Source: a virus (Duplodnaviria > Caudoviricetes). From it: a stretch of DNA of 60,387 nucleotides. Both the position numbers and the translations under genes were made by a program. The notes under the pieces are model-generated. The model worked only from the letters and a program-made list of their open reading frames with translations, had not been told where the DNA came from and searched no databases. Below are positions 9,901 to 18,070 of this stretch, one piece after another (within the stretch, counting starts at the first letter, position 1; every line of letters starts with the position of its first letter). The stretch covers positions 1 to 60,387 of the IMG/VR virus record IMGVR_UViG_3300036987_000493, one strand, 5' to 3'.

Positions 9901-12415
9901 GGGTGACGGGTTGTGCAGGCTTACCCGTAATCCCCGGGTGCAACCCGACGCCCCTGGGAGCAACCGGCTTGGCACCAGTGATCGGGCCCGTCTTCTTTGG
10001 AACAATCCCAGCGGGAAAGGGTTTGGCGACGGGAGACTCAATAGGGGGCTGACTCTCCGGGGCGACCTCACCAGATACCGCAGGTTGAACGATCCCGGTC
10101 GGGCCAGGGGTAGGAGCAGGGGCGCTTCCCGCTAAAAACTGATTCCATTCATCCCGGGCCCATTTGGGCAGTTTTCCGATCTCATCCGGCAAGGCTTCAT
10201 CTGTGAAATTATGAAGTCCGGATATTTTGGCGATGGTTCCCGCTCTCTTACTTATTTCCGCCAGAGCTTCGTGGTCATTTGCAGCTTTAGCTTCCTCTAT
10301 CTGGCGGTTATGCTCTGCGGAAAGTCTGTCAGTGAACTCAACCAGAGATTTGCGAACATCTACCCCCTTTGGGGTTTCCGCCGAGGCCGGGGGGACCCCC
10401 TCCTGAACACCCTCTGAAAAAGCGTGTACACGCTTCTGTGGGTCGATCTCGGTTTCAGCCGGGGCATTGGTCGGGGACGGAGTAGTCGGCTCCAAAGTGA
10501 CGGGAGAGGAGACAACTTCCGGTGCAGGGGGAGCGACATCTGGGGTTGGTGCCGCCACTTCCGGGACCGGTGTTTTCTTGGTAGCCACTTCTTGCGCCAT
10601 GCTTCCGGTGACGCCCATAGGCGCGGAAGGAGTGGTCGGTCCCGAAGCGGCGGTGCCCGGCAAAGGGGGTGAACCCGGGGTAGGGGTGCCCGCCGCTTCA
10701 AGGGCCGGTGTCGTAGCTCTTGTTGCCGCCTCCATCCCGGTGACGCCCATGGGGGGAGGGGTGGTCGGGCGGGCCTTGCCGGTAAAGGCCGACGGCAGGC
10801 CCCGGGCCGCTTCCCGTTCCGCCGGCGTAATGGCCGCCTGTTTCTGTTGCTCCGTAGCAAAGACGGAATGTTCCGGGAACTCCTGGAGCGCCGTTGCCGC
10901 GTCGCCCTGCTGGTAGAGGTCATAGAACCGCTCGGCCCTCTCGGTGCTTCCCACCAGGGGGGCGAGATTGTCTACCGCCGCGGCCAGGTTCGGCTGCTCT
11001 CCGGCGATCCGCCCCAACTCCCCACCGAAGATGGCCTGCTGCTGTTCCTCGGGGGTAGTTGCCACGGGCTGAGGACCGGGCCGTTCAACTCCGGGGGCCA
11101 AGGCGGGCTCGGAGGGCTTCTCTGGTAAAACAGGTTTGACCTGTGACCAGTATTCCTCATTCGCCTTTTTCTTGAGATCCTGTATCCTGGCGGCGGTCTC
11201 CTGAAAATTCTTGGAGAACTCACCGCTCTCCCGGGCGAAGGCGCCAGCTTCCCGGTGCGTACTTACCGACTCCGCCCCGCCGCCCATGCCGCCCAGGGCC
11301 GCCCCGATGAGCATGCTCTCAACTACACCCTCAAGGAGCTTCTGGTTCTTGTCAAAAAAACCTCTCGGAAAGGCGTTCTCTACGATGCTCTGGGCGCCTT
11401 CCGTTAATCCCTCAGTCGCTACCCCGGCCAGGACTTTGTTGACGATCTCCCGGCCGCCTTTCCCGTTCAAAACATTCTCTATCACCGCAAGAGGATCGGT
11501 TGCCTTCCGACCCAACAACGCACTCGGCAGAACCCGGCCCAGGGAGAACGCTTCCAGGCCACCAGCCACCACACCGGTCCCCAGGATGGACGCCACCCTG
11601 GACCCCCAGGAGATTTTCTCGCCGGTCTTCTCTTCGTACTCCCGGACCTTTTCCTCGCCCTGGCCCGCCTCCATGGCTATAGATGCGCCGTACAGACCGA
11701 TGGTAGATAACCGTTGGATTTTGGTTGCAATCGCAGTCGCTTCGGCTGTCTTCCCGGCCGCGTTTGCCGCTTCCAGGGCTGTACCCAGCTTCCCCGCCAT
11801 GGCCACAGCTCGCGGCGCCCACGCTCCCACGATGGCCGGGACCATGGACATGGCGCCTTCCGGTAACTGCGAAGCCCAGAACCTGGGGTTGGTGATCTGA
11901 GAGGTGATCTGGCCGATGACTTCTCCTGGGTTGGAGACGATCCGCTCCAGGTCGATAGGGGCGCCGCCGGCCTCCTTGGAGGGTTTCCATGTGGGGGACG
12001 CGGCGGTTTCTTCCAGGCCCTCGATGAGCGGGGTCATGGTTTTATCGGCTATATCAGTGCCAGTGATTCCTTTAACCACCGGCCCCAGCACATCCGAACC
12101 AATGATCTTGGCTACCTGGGGGACCAGCTTAACCATGCCCAAGCCGCCACGGACAAGAGAGGCCCCCACTTCTCCAGGGAGGCTACGTTCCACCTCTACC
12201 GCCGCAGCTTCTTCCTTCCGGACTTGACGCGCCTCCTGCTCTATACGAGCATCAAAGTCGGCGGCCTCCATGAACTTGGAAGGCTCCGTAGGCTTAGAAG
12301 CAGTTTCCGCTTCACTCCACCAGTTAGAAGGGAGCTTCGTAGCCTCTACCGCTGGGGTAGCTGCCGCCCGCAGACTCGGTGAACCCTGTCCCTTTTCGTC
12401 TTCCAGGAAAGCCAT
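929..12415 (-). CDS. Giant polyvalent (DarB-like) internal virion protein: N6-adenine MTase + strawberry-notch SF2 helicase + HExxH peptidase-like + LPD38-like C-terminus
   Basis: 3828 aa; MTase motifs LEPSGGIGG and VVMNPPF (~8530); Walker A GDGTGVGKGR (~7480), DEAH (~7145), QGFGRTHR (~5970); HETFH (~4270); C-terminal IPFWNANIQG...LPKPFEAG segment. Confidence 0.85.
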   Translation of the reverse strand: MAFLEDEKGQGSPSLRAAATPAVEATKLPSNWWSEAETASKPTEPSKFMEAADFDARIEQEARQVRKEEAAAVEVERSLPGEVGASLVRGGLGMVKLVPQVAKIIGSDVLGPVVKGITGTDIADKTMTPLIEGLEETAASPTWKPSKEAGGAPIDLERIVSNPGEVIGQITSQITNPRFWASQLPEGAMSMVPAIVGAWAPRAVAMAGKLGTALEAANAAGKTAEATAIATKIQRLSTIGLYGASIAMEAGQGEEKVREYEEKTGEKISWGSRVASILGTGVVAGGLEAFSLGRVLPSALLGRKATDPLAVIENVLNGKGGREIVNKVLAGVATEGLTEGAQSIVENAFPRGFFDKNQKLLEGVVESMLIGAALGGMGGGAESVSTHREAGAFARESGEFSKNFQETAARIQDLKKKANEEYWSQVKPVLPEKPSEPALAPGVERPGPQPVATTPEEQQQAIFGGELGRIAGEQPNLAAAVDNLAPLVGSTERAERFYDLYQQGDAATALQEFPEHSVFATEQQKQAAITPAEREAARGLPSAFTGKARPTTPPPMGVTGMEAATRATTPALEAAGTPTPGSPPLPGTAASGPTTPSAPMGVTGSMAQEVATKKTPVPEVAAPTPDVAPPAPEVVSSPVTLEPTTPSPTNAPAETEIDPQKRVHAFSEGVQEGVPPASAETPKGVDVRKSLVEFTDRLSAEHNRQIEEAKAANDHEALAEISKRAGTIAKISGLHNFTDEALPDEIGKLPKWARDEWNQFLAGSAPAPTPGPTGIVQPAVSGEVAPESQPPIESPVAKPFPAGIVPKKTGPITGAKPVAPRGVGLHPGITGKPAQPVTPAPKTKPLPTAIAPKKVARPPVTSMTEAALKEEFQALRDDQTDAGMGRRKEVTAERTYRAAIDEFTESKANGYSAAESEGMREHLIKKYVNREPIDRAWQKIFGAEEKAPWLDKLANLSDTGWLRSPEGGLSDQEVAIMERAMDAGLVKAEKADKKAGVVYKRLGDLKTWLKENTGVTYQKGDRVSWKERGKTLTGTLKGAPDRFGNVDINVDQTVKAGGVPVGRVSMDVKVETLTKLEAAPKAAPAAAASPTPAAEPSAAAHVKIANQVKDHLEKMQRSGASKALTSANLYNWADEAYGGTMAQGTYTPKDAYDAMELGVNQFIQAHPEIYNPHSANPVDVVRQLEALTKMLPTQTRRTGEMDEFQQFSTPPALAYMVNWVANIGQNDVALEPSGGIGGIAVFASNAGAQEVIVNELSPRRAELLREMGFDQVFTENAEQLNNVLPKTVKPTVVVMNPPFSATAGRMMGKRISETGAQHIEQALKRLEPGGRLVAIVGRGMAFDKPTFKTWWDKIKKEYNVLANVGISGKNYTKYGTSFDNQILVIDKTGPTTQQPVAGAVERIEDLIPLLEGVKDARQLVTTQPGSQAGATQVKTQAGPHGPTPHPTPGVGSAKGAPGAGVTGGGTKVNVSGSTGPTTPGVDEGVSGRPGKPGGTVGPTDTVQSGKAGEPGGPDSGDVGTTGNLDVGVQSVGGQPGPGTSGSVKTEVTEEVESKTALTDDIYEDYSPRRLKVPGAKPHPAKLVESAAMSSVKPPIPTYTPKIPQSVVTEGHLSAPQFEAVVYSGQAHDQMLESGERRGFAIGDGTGVGKGREIAGIFMDNWNQGRKKGVWISQNNGLVESAQRDVAGIGWDPKIVRPLPKNYNPITGDEGLIFVGYDTLKSSQATSKADTTFIPQKRLDQLTKWLGEDFDGVIVFDEAHNMNKNTTTGQGLQRQGASQRALAGMELGKRLPNARIVYVSATFGEEVSHFGFADRLGLWGPGTEFANKADFLNKIGSGGVAAMEVLARDMKAMGSYMARSLSFKGIQYDRLTHDLTPDQVATYDALAKVWQKVLENVDAALDLTGGSADSNTKRNARAQFWGYNQRFFNQVTTALTMPSVLSSLEADLATGHSPVLQLVNTYGDATDKAIKNRGEDVEIDEIDFTPRQMLAQYLNRSFPVVQFEEYTDDAGDTQVRVALDSNGNAVLNQEAVDARDKLLDSLGMINFPDNPIDQLINKFGPGMVAEITGRKQRMVRTKGRTIVEKRSQAAVDKDQKAFEEGTKRILVFSQKGDTGASYHADLSIKNQALRRHYLLQAGWQAKRALQGFGRTHRTNQAQAPQYILVETNIKGHKRFISSIARRLDQLGALTKGQRQTGSSGLLKASDNLETTHAQIAVDQFVDKLLAGQFADISADEYEAQTGWRLRYTSGGVVTVNYPDIKQFMNRLLAMEVASQDIVFDAFDQLHQEVLTRAADQGTLDLGMETIFPEKGGRIEKVSEELVYTEPKSGAETSVVAFDITNPTKPVTWNMAKGWSDTAFVTNNASGHVWAVDRKPLNRTKADGSIVKEYKLLGQRYGARQWVEENTLTNKNKWTQVKKADAEPLWNAAVAKLPKESTERLNMITGALLPIWNRLSGDTRVKRLQTKDGKKYLGRVIPNSELNETLTKLGATPQAQKLDVKNSGDILEKVLDNNWIVTLANGWVFRRALVSGEQRIELVGARPEYLPELKSAGMIIERIDYKTRAFIPVEKSWTKTNSDLKAIDAIIKRRPIVEAAPRFADQGSARYSLAGRAGLRAGPALGEGSTITLQAVQERFGGVKVHELEGGKGFHLTLPNGKLLMILTGQDLAARRDEVLKTYGREMKAGEWVAGEWRQMSVGGVVALAKAAGIRTLDHETFHAACDLVLRQKELDAILKKYGDWETAARAYETWKPAEPHTFFQKVFNFFKRLAGLLGPTADGTFAKIKSGEVWTRTAAGPGTGATGVFNALRPTDPEAVLTQYHQDLMAADPDKKSLWRRFRDKDPALKASWKEMAEKTYDQVVDRFAPGERAQDKLAKAGIALPAGEQFTSTIGFWRGQEGWNHEAVLGAGVYYDPVETAASGESFFSGATPSRAGDSLFKRVDPIRDLAKARGLENKEVFRDLRLMMVAQRDLELAGETGARAPGAIKGVRPDESRGALQALETKYGTDFTQLQGVADGIREWADQAILQRLLQGGVIAQDLYDQIKARNQAYIPFMRLIDELDGYIEATGGGRVIKEIKGSERAIVDPFQMLIELSAKANYAYAKNRMFRSLYQMGQASPEMGIEIIKSKIVPSGMTRVYKWDPLGRSGWAMQAETPRIKKGYAFSPLAPEKGTVPFYKDGKRVWLKLPPDMYGMTQNLLPQDLGLLMRILKWPADVLRTGAVTTPEFGLIKNPIRDMIQAWVFNRAGFSPLKWFRDLYLLMSKNPATMQMRSEMAVGGGFMATLAQSSVEEKITAADIEGKKKNIWYAAHPVDALRALSAYLENLTRFSLYKQARENGFSHAEAVHEARRTTLDFRRLGGHPVARYLNMIIPFWNANIQGADKLITELRGLNKAAVMRRLGTLMAASVGLALLFHGDDRLKELEDWEKNYFWHIPLGKTGPIIRLPKPFEAGIMFGSIPERLVEVAMGDNTTGLQAAVKAAVDALTPEVIPAILRPLVELKSNYNFFLGRPIEDASLQSLPVELRSKPWTSSLAKAISAHGGNLIGLSPVKVEHFVRSFSGGLGANYYFPGADILLRKAGVLEDLPNPQQDAIERAFGIRALFTKPPAGYRAKSVGDFFENVQGATQADQGWKLLWNTGSMDKLDAFLKDNPEAMFARVARKQMAELGKIKKERNAIHLSKALTSEQKKAKLDALDEKIVTLARAGNALMDPAVAEAVKMPARKGMDFDSYKQMTSEFVGDAYDIIQKNLPKIVHMEEAQRQRYLIKVIRQAREDYKPILKKPKDATKPESPYAKPTRAERASWQSVMGFGKAKPDEVTGYRLKEEAP
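10418..10440 (+). repeat. 23-bp dispersed palindromic site, copy 1 (AAAAGCGTGTACACGCTTCTGTG)
   Basis: Identical to 44262-44284 and to the reverse complement of 58891-58913; lies in the Pro-rich linker of the giant gene. Confidence 0.9.
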
Positions 12416-12424
12416 TGATCTCCC

Positions 12425-13570
12425 CTACATGGCGCGGGGTGCGCCCGCCCGCAGGTTTTCCTCGTCCCAAATACGCTGACGATTTGTAAGCCGTTCATTC
12501 CGAACGCTCTCCAGGGTGGGGGCTGGAGTCCCGGCCTTCCGAAGGGAGGGCTGCATCTCATAAGACAAAGTTTTGCCCAGGAGTGCAGTGCGGTCCAATA
12601 TTCCAGAGGCCATGCCATCCGCCTCCGGCTGCCTTAAAGAAGATTTAGCAGGAGGCGCCCCTGGTTGTGTCCGCCGCCCTTCAAACCAAGCAAGGTTTTC
12701 CGGCGTAACCATCTCTTCCTTAATGCGCTTTTGTTCCGCGGGGTCCGTGGTCGTATCCAAAAGCTGCCGACGCATGGCCATGCCGGTTTTGGGATCATTC
12801 CAAGAAGTTGCCGATTTTATCTTAGTTCCCTCCGGGGCGATCTTCTGCATGATGGCCTCTACGTCCTCAGCGCTTCCAGGGGAATGTCCCAGGGCCAGGC
12901 GCTTGATTCCCGAAGGTAAGACCAAACTTTCTTGACCATCCTCTCCCTTCACCGATACTCCGTAATCCTTTAACAGCCGGTCGTTAAGGAGCTTCCCAAA
13001 TTGTGTTTGTTTTATGATGTCAGCTTGAGCCGCCTTATCGGGATTCTTCTTGTCCAGGTCAGCCGCCAGCCGGAGCTTGGGGCCTTCCACGGGTTCAAAC
13101 TCCCCTCTGTCAGCATCCGGCCCCAGCGCCCGGTTATAAGCCTGGGCCGCCCGCAAAGGCGTGGAATACTCACCCTCGATGAACTGTTTCCCCTCTTGAC
13201 GCTGCGGAGCGAAGGTCTGGCGGGTCCCCCGGATGACCCCGATAGACTCCGGGGCCCCCGCGCCGCTATTAAACGAGGTGGGTGCCCCGAGTTCTGCAGC
13301 TTCGGCCGTCGCCCGAAGATTGCCGGGAGAATCTTCGCTGGGAGTGCCTGCCCCTGGACCAGGGGTACGCCAGCCGCCGGTAGGCCGATAATGCGTGAGC
13401 GTCCCGGATCCCCGAACAGTTCCAACAGCCTGTTCTTGGTTTGTCATCGAGGCATTGGCCCCTATATCTGCCGCTTCTACTGTCGCTGCGGCCCGCAAAT
13501 CATCACCGCCCCCGGTTCCAGCCCGTTCAGCCGCTTTCCGCCGGGAATAAGCATACCGATCCTCAGCCAT
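12425..13570 (-). CDS. Putative internal virion / ejection protein
   Basis: Probable start ATG at 13570 (MAEDRY) with GGAGGAGG RBS; low-complexity sequence; directly upstream of the giant gene. Confidence 0.6.
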   Translation of the reverse strand: MAEDRYAYSRRKAAERAGTGGGDDLRAAATVEAADIGANASMTNQEQAVGTVRGSGTLTHYRPTGGWRTPGPGAGTPSEDSPGNLRATAEAAELGAPTSFNSGAGAPESIGVIRGTRQTFAPQRQEGKQFIEGEYSTPLRAAQAYNRALGPDADRGEFEPVEGPKLRLAADLDKKNPDKAAQADIIKQTQFGKLLNDRLLKDYGVSVKGEDGQESLVLPSGIKRLALGHSPGSAEDVEAIMQKIAPEGTKIKSATSWNDPKTGMAMRRQLLDTTTDPAEQKRIKEEMVTPENLAWFEGRRTQPGAPPAKSSLRQPEADGMASGILDRTALLGKTLSYEMQPSLRKAGTPAPTLESVRNERLTNRQRIWDEENLRAGAPRAM

Positions 13571-13571
13571 G

Positions 13572-14570
13572 TTATCCCTCCTCCTGGATTTCCAGGCCGT
13601 AGAATCCAATGGGGGCGATCATCCAGGTTTCCCCAAAGGTCTTCATGTCATCATCCTTCCAAAGCTGGCTCTTCTTGTCGGTGGCCACGTCCTTCACGAT
13701 GGTAACGCGATCTCCCACTTTGTACAGGGCGAAGTCTGAGGGGTTAACCGTAATCTCATTATCTTTTCCATCCTTGCCATGCCAAGCTACCTTGTAGGTG
13801 GGATAAGGGATTTCGTCGGTCGGGTCAATGACTTCCGTGATCCTGGCGCTGCTATAGTAAACCGTGTCCATCCAATTGCCGGTGTAAACGAAGGGATTCG
13901 ATTTCTGATGTCCCCAATATTTACCAGGCCATATTCTTACTCCAAGCCCCAGGAACTCGCCCGGGACCGGGAACTTATTGGTGAGGGTTTCTCCCTGAAC
14001 TGTTACTTGATCCCGAAGTTGCACCCGATACCACCACTTCGGGGTTGTAGGTTTGGGCTCTCCTACCAAGTTCGGCGCCAAAAACTTGGCAATATCCTTA
14101 GTAGGAATAGCGGTCAGGTTCAAAAGGATCTTGTTCTTTTCGGGCCACTTAAATAATCCGCCTGATGGTATCGTCGGAAATACTTTCGTCCCCTCGTCAA
14201 CACTCACCTTGCTTTCTTCACCTTCCTTGGCTTTAGATGAAAACTCCCCAATGGCCACCAAGATCTCAACGCAGTCGAGAGGGAACCCTGCCAAGAAGTC
14301 TATAAACCCATAGGAGCTCTCCTGCCCTGCCTCTGGAAATTGAAAGTCTTCTTCGTATTTCGGGAACTCGAATCTGGCCAGGAAGAGTCGATCCTTCCCG
14401 TCGGTATCCTGAAAGGGGTAAATTTTTAGGTCTTCCCCCATCTGCTTCAATATCTCGTCGGCCCCTTCTGCAAGGTTATCCATGCCTGGCTCACGATCCA
14501 GAACAGACCAACAGGCCTCCAGGGTGCTTAATCGTTCCAAAAACCTTAAATTGTACGAGGACTCCGCCAT
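13572..14570 (-). CDS. Hypothetical virion protein
   Basis: 332 aa in the tightly packed late operon. Confidence 0.65.
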   Translation of the reverse strand: MAESSYNLRFLERLSTLEACWSVLDREPGMDNLAEGADEILKQMGEDLKIYPFQDTDGKDRLFLARFEFPKYEEDFQFPEAGQESSYGFIDFLAGFPLDCVEILVAIGEFSSKAKEGEESKVSVDEGTKVFPTIPSGGLFKWPEKNKILLNLTAIPTKDIAKFLAPNLVGEPKPTTPKWWYRVQLRDQVTVQGETLTNKFPVPGEFLGLGVRIWPGKYWGHQKSNPFVYTGNWMDTVYYSSARITEVIDPTDEIPYPTYKVAWHGKDGKDNEITVNPSDFALYKVGDRVTIVKDVATDKKSQLWKDDDMKTFGETWMIAPIGFYGLEIQEEG

Positions 14571-14575
14571 GCCTT

Positions 14576-15736
14576 TTATCCGCTGATGTACTCAATCTCG
14601 TGGGTAGTTCTCATTTCACCAAGATTGGTCAGGTGGTAAACGCCCTTGTGGGCGGCATTGACCATCGCTTGAGCTGCGGTCTGGCCGCTATCCCTGCCCG
14701 TACTTTGGGCCGACCGCGCATCGGCCAAAGCATTTCTGGCAGCCACCAGGGCCGCCCGTAACGCGGCTTCTGACCCCAATTCTCCTGCCGACGCCCCAGC
14801 TTCGTAATTCGCAACCGCCACGGCCACGGCCGCCTCAGCCGCCCGCAGGGTTGCTTCTGTCGCTTTAGCCGCCTGGTAAGCAGCAATTTCACCTGCAACC
14901 GCCGCCTCAGCCCCAGCCTTGATTTCCTCGACGAGGGAACGGGCGCTATAAGCTGCGATCGCATCACTTATCTTGGTGGAAATATAAGAGAATCCGGCGG
15001 AAATCTCTGCCGCGGTTGCACCGAGCTTGACCGAAGATAACTGTGTGGCAACGATTTGGGCCAAGATCATCGCTACGTCACCTTGCAGGGTGGCCTTCTC
15101 AGCTTCGGCCATGGCCACCTGAACCTGGGTTTCAATGACTTCGACAGCCGCTCTCCCAGCTTCGACCCCGGCGGCGGCCGCTCGAACATGAGCTTTGGCA
15201 ACCTCCACCTGAGCTTTGGCAATATCGGCCGCTACCTGGGCCTGTTCAATGGCTTCGATCTGGACCTGGACATTGATTTTCGTCTGACGGACTCCCTCTT
15301 TATCAACGTCCACGGAGGCCTTGGCTGCTTCTGCTGCCAACTGTTCCTGCTCTACTAAACCGGCGAGTTCCCTGGCGCCCATCAGGAGGCCTTTAACTTG
15401 GGCATCATAGACTTTAGCTGCCAAGAGATATTCGTCTGCCGCCCGTTCGATAGCGATCTTCGAGCGCCCTGCAGCCGCTTTGGCCGCTGCGATGGCAGCG
15501 TCTTGGTCGATTTCGTCCTGGCTCAACTCAATGGTGCGATCCCGCTGTACTTCCTTGATACCCCAGGCCTCGTCGCTGATGGCCAGGAAGTTCTCAATGC
15601 TGGGCCTGGCCAGGGCGTCCAATTCGGTTTCCATGTCGAGCAGGGGGCCCAATGTTCCCCCAAAATCCAGAGTAAGCCACGTCGAAATGTTTCTCTGGCG
15701 AGTACGGGTGTCCAACGACTGTATATCGGTTCCCAT
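14576..15736 (-). CDS. Ala-rich coiled-coil virion protein
   Basis: 386 aa, A/E/Q-rich helical composition, RBS. Confidence 0.65.
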   Translation of the reverse strand: MGTDIQSLDTRTRQRNISTWLTLDFGGTLGPLLDMETELDALARPSIENFLAISDEAWGIKEVQRDRTIELSQDEIDQDAAIAAAKAAAGRSKIAIERAADEYLLAAKVYDAQVKGLLMGARELAGLVEQEQLAAEAAKASVDVDKEGVRQTKINVQVQIEAIEQAQVAADIAKAQVEVAKAHVRAAAAGVEAGRAAVEVIETQVQVAMAEAEKATLQGDVAMILAQIVATQLSSVKLGATAAEISAGFSYISTKISDAIAAYSARSLVEEIKAGAEAAVAGEIAAYQAAKATEATLRAAEAAVAVAVANYEAGASAGELGSEAALRAALVAARNALADARSAQSTGRDSGQTAAQAMVNAAHKGVYHLTNLGEMRTTHEIEYISG

Positions 15737-15745
15737 GACTTCCCC

Positions 15746-16969
15746 TTAAAAGGCGCCCTCTATGATCTTGCGAGAAATAAGATGAAGTGTGTCCGACCTG
15801 GTATTTCTGTCGCCACTCGCCGCCACCTTGGACGCTTCGTCTGAGGCACGGCTGGCCAGATTACCCAAAATGGATCCGAGTTCGCTGCTCAGAACAGAGG
15901 CTTCATGCGCCGCAATCGCCGTGCCGGTGTTTACCTCTATGGCGGCATGGCCAAGGCGATCCGCCATCCTGGTATCAATTTGAACCATCCCGGCGGCACT
16001 TCTCGACGCGTTGATGCTGGCTTGTGCGGCATTAGCAAAGCCGGCGATTGCTGATTGAGCTTGGGCCCGGGCAAGTTCCGTAGCTGCCGAGGCCCGGGCC
16101 AGGGTTGCCCGGGAAACTTCCAGTACCAGTTCAGCCTGCCGGACGCCGTGCTCAGCTTCACCCTCTGCAACCCTTAATGCAGCCCGTTGATAACCCAGGT
16201 TTTCGATCTGCATCTTGACCGACACTTCTGCCGTAGTGGCACCAGCCAGGGCTTCGTGGGCCGCAGCTTTTGCCATGTAAGCCCCGATCATCCCCTGCTT
16301 GACACCCGCCAATGCCTGCTTCGCTGACAGAACCTGCTCCAAAGCCGCAGTTTTAGCGATTTCGGCGGCAAGCACCAGTTCTTCTGCCGCCAGGACTTGG
16401 TAGATGGACTCTATGATTTCCAACTTTTTCGTAGCCGTCGCAAGCTGAGCATTAGCCAAATTTACTTCTGATTCCAGAGTAGTCTTTTCGGCGTTTGCCA
16501 GAGCGACTTTGAAGCCAATTACCTGCCGCTCCGCCTCTGCCCGGCCCTGGATGATCGACACCTGTCTGGCATCAACCACAGCATTCATCTGAATCACATC
16601 CGCCGTACCCTGATCTCGTAGGGCGATGTTCTGGGCCTGCTCTATTTCAAGAGCGTTCAAGAGTTCGGCCCGGTAAAGCTCCATGGCCAGCTTGGCGACT
16701 TGAACGATAGTCTTCATGTAGAACTCTTCCGATTGGAAGATTACCCCACGGCGATCCTCATAAATTTTGCCGTTGGCCTCAGTCAGCTTATCCTTGACAG
16801 CCTGGCCGGCCGACAGGATGACAGCCAGGGTCACTCCTGGGGCCGCAGGGAACCCCCGGCCGGCGGCTTCGGCCAAAACCTTCTCTCTTCCGCCTTGGAG
16901 TTCCTCAATGGCCTTCTGTGACTCTATGGCCCACTTGGCGCTCTCGGTTCGATTGAAGAAGTCCGTCAT
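15746..16969 (-). CDS. Ala-rich coiled-coil virion protein, possibly paralogous to 14576-15736
   Basis: 407 aa with similar composition, tandem position. Confidence 0.65.
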   Translation of the reverse strand: MTDFFNRTESAKWAIESQKAIEELQGGREKVLAEAAGRGFPAAPGVTLAVILSAGQAVKDKLTEANGKIYEDRRGVIFQSEEFYMKTIVQVAKLAMELYRAELLNALEIEQAQNIALRDQGTADVIQMNAVVDARQVSIIQGRAEAERQVIGFKVALANAEKTTLESEVNLANAQLATATKKLEIIESIYQVLAAEELVLAAEIAKTAALEQVLSAKQALAGVKQGMIGAYMAKAAAHEALAGATTAEVSVKMQIENLGYQRAALRVAEGEAEHGVRQAELVLEVSRATLARASAATELARAQAQSAIAGFANAAQASINASRSAAGMVQIDTRMADRLGHAAIEVNTGTAIAAHEASVLSSELGSILGNLASRASDEASKVAASGDRNTRSDTLHLISRKIIEGAF

Positions 16970-16972
16970 CAG

Positions 16973-18070
16973 CTATCTCCTGGCCAACATTAAGACCGTA
17001 GCCTCGAATTGACTTAATTCTTGAAAATCCATAAGGTCAATCGTAAACTCCCGGCCCTGGATGTCGCGGCTCACCACGACCCTATTTGTGTCGCGGTCGG
17101 GGGTAAAGACGCCCTCCTTGTCTTCCGTCGCTACCCGAACCTTGGTATCCGCCCCACAGTTCCCCAACTGGATTCCCCTCATCCGCTTGTCCCGATCAGC
17201 CCCGAAGTTGACAGGGCCGATCCTGGCTCCGGTATGAAAAACCTCCCCATCATCATCGTCACCGCCCAGAAGGAATATGCCTTCTTCGCCGGCCGCAAAA
17301 GTCTGAGCTCCCCGTTGGGCGAAGGAGTTGAAATTAAAGGCGGAGAAGATGGACGGCTCGAACGCCTGGCCTGAGAGAACCCATGCCTCGAATACGCCCG
17401 GGAGTTCCCCGGGAGATCCAAGAATATATCCGCCGCAGGCCACCAGGGCTGTCACGGAAGGATAGATAATACCAGCTACAGAAGTTCCCCCAAGCCGGTA
17501 AGAAATCGTACCGGCAAAAGCATGGACAGTTGGCGCGGGAGAGTCCAAAGCGCCAGACCCCCCAAAGGTAAAGCCGCCGGTGGCCACCAGGGCCGTGACA
17601 AGGTTCGCCGGGGCGACCGTGGCCAGGGATCCGATGCCACTTAGCCTGTAACTTCCGGTAGCAAAGAAGTCTATCCGGCTCGCTCCCAGGTCTGTTTCGT
17701 CACCGATTTGACAGTTGCTGCTCAAGCTCATGTTTCCATAAGCAGCAAAGTCGGTCACAAGGGAAGGCGGCGAAACCGATTCCAGCGACGAAGGGGCAGA
17801 CAAGCTGAAAGCCCCGGTGGCCGCCAATGCTGTAACTGTCGGTAGAACGGAATCTATCACCCCGGGGGCGGAGATCTCTATGCAACCTTTGGCTAAAAAT
17901 TGGGTGGGAAGTACGCTGTTAATTGCAGACTCACCGCTGATCGTTAGACAGGCTCCATAAACAGTCGTGTCAGCAGCAAGATCCGTTACAAGGTCCACAG
18001 GGTCATAAATCTTAATCGTTCCACTAAGCTGGAATGACCCGGTAGCTGCAAAATCGGTGGCCATTATCAC
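16973..18070 (-). CDS. Tail-associated protein with N-terminal repeats
   Basis: About 8 degenerate T-x-F-x-A-T-G-x-F-x-L-S repeats plus a C-terminal FNFNSFA...GIFLLGGDDD domain. Confidence 0.6.
   Translation of the reverse strand: MIMATDFAATGSFQLSGTIKIYDPVDLVTDLAADTTVYGACLTISGESAINSVLPTQFLAKGCIEISAPGVIDSVLPTVTALAATGAFSLSAPSSLESVSPPSLVTDFAAYGNMSLSSNCQIGDETDLGASRIDFFATGSYRLSGIGSLATVAPANLVTALVATGGFTFGGSGALDSPAPTVHAFAGTISYRLGGTSVAGIIYPSVTALVACGGYILGSPGELPGVFEAWVLSGQAFEPSIFSAFNFNSFAQRGAQTFAAGEEGIFLLGGDDDDGEVFHTGARIGPVNFGADRDKRMRGIQLGNCGADTKVRVATEDKEGVFTPDRDTNRVVVSRDIQGREFTIDLMDFQELSQFEATVLMLARR

Noticed and set aside
961-12479. Many overlapping ORFs within or antisense to the giant gene, and similar long shadow ORFs elsewhere (29863-31170, 28830-29876, 34504-35421)
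   Set aside because: Expected shadow frames of GC3-rich genes; no motifs or RBS support
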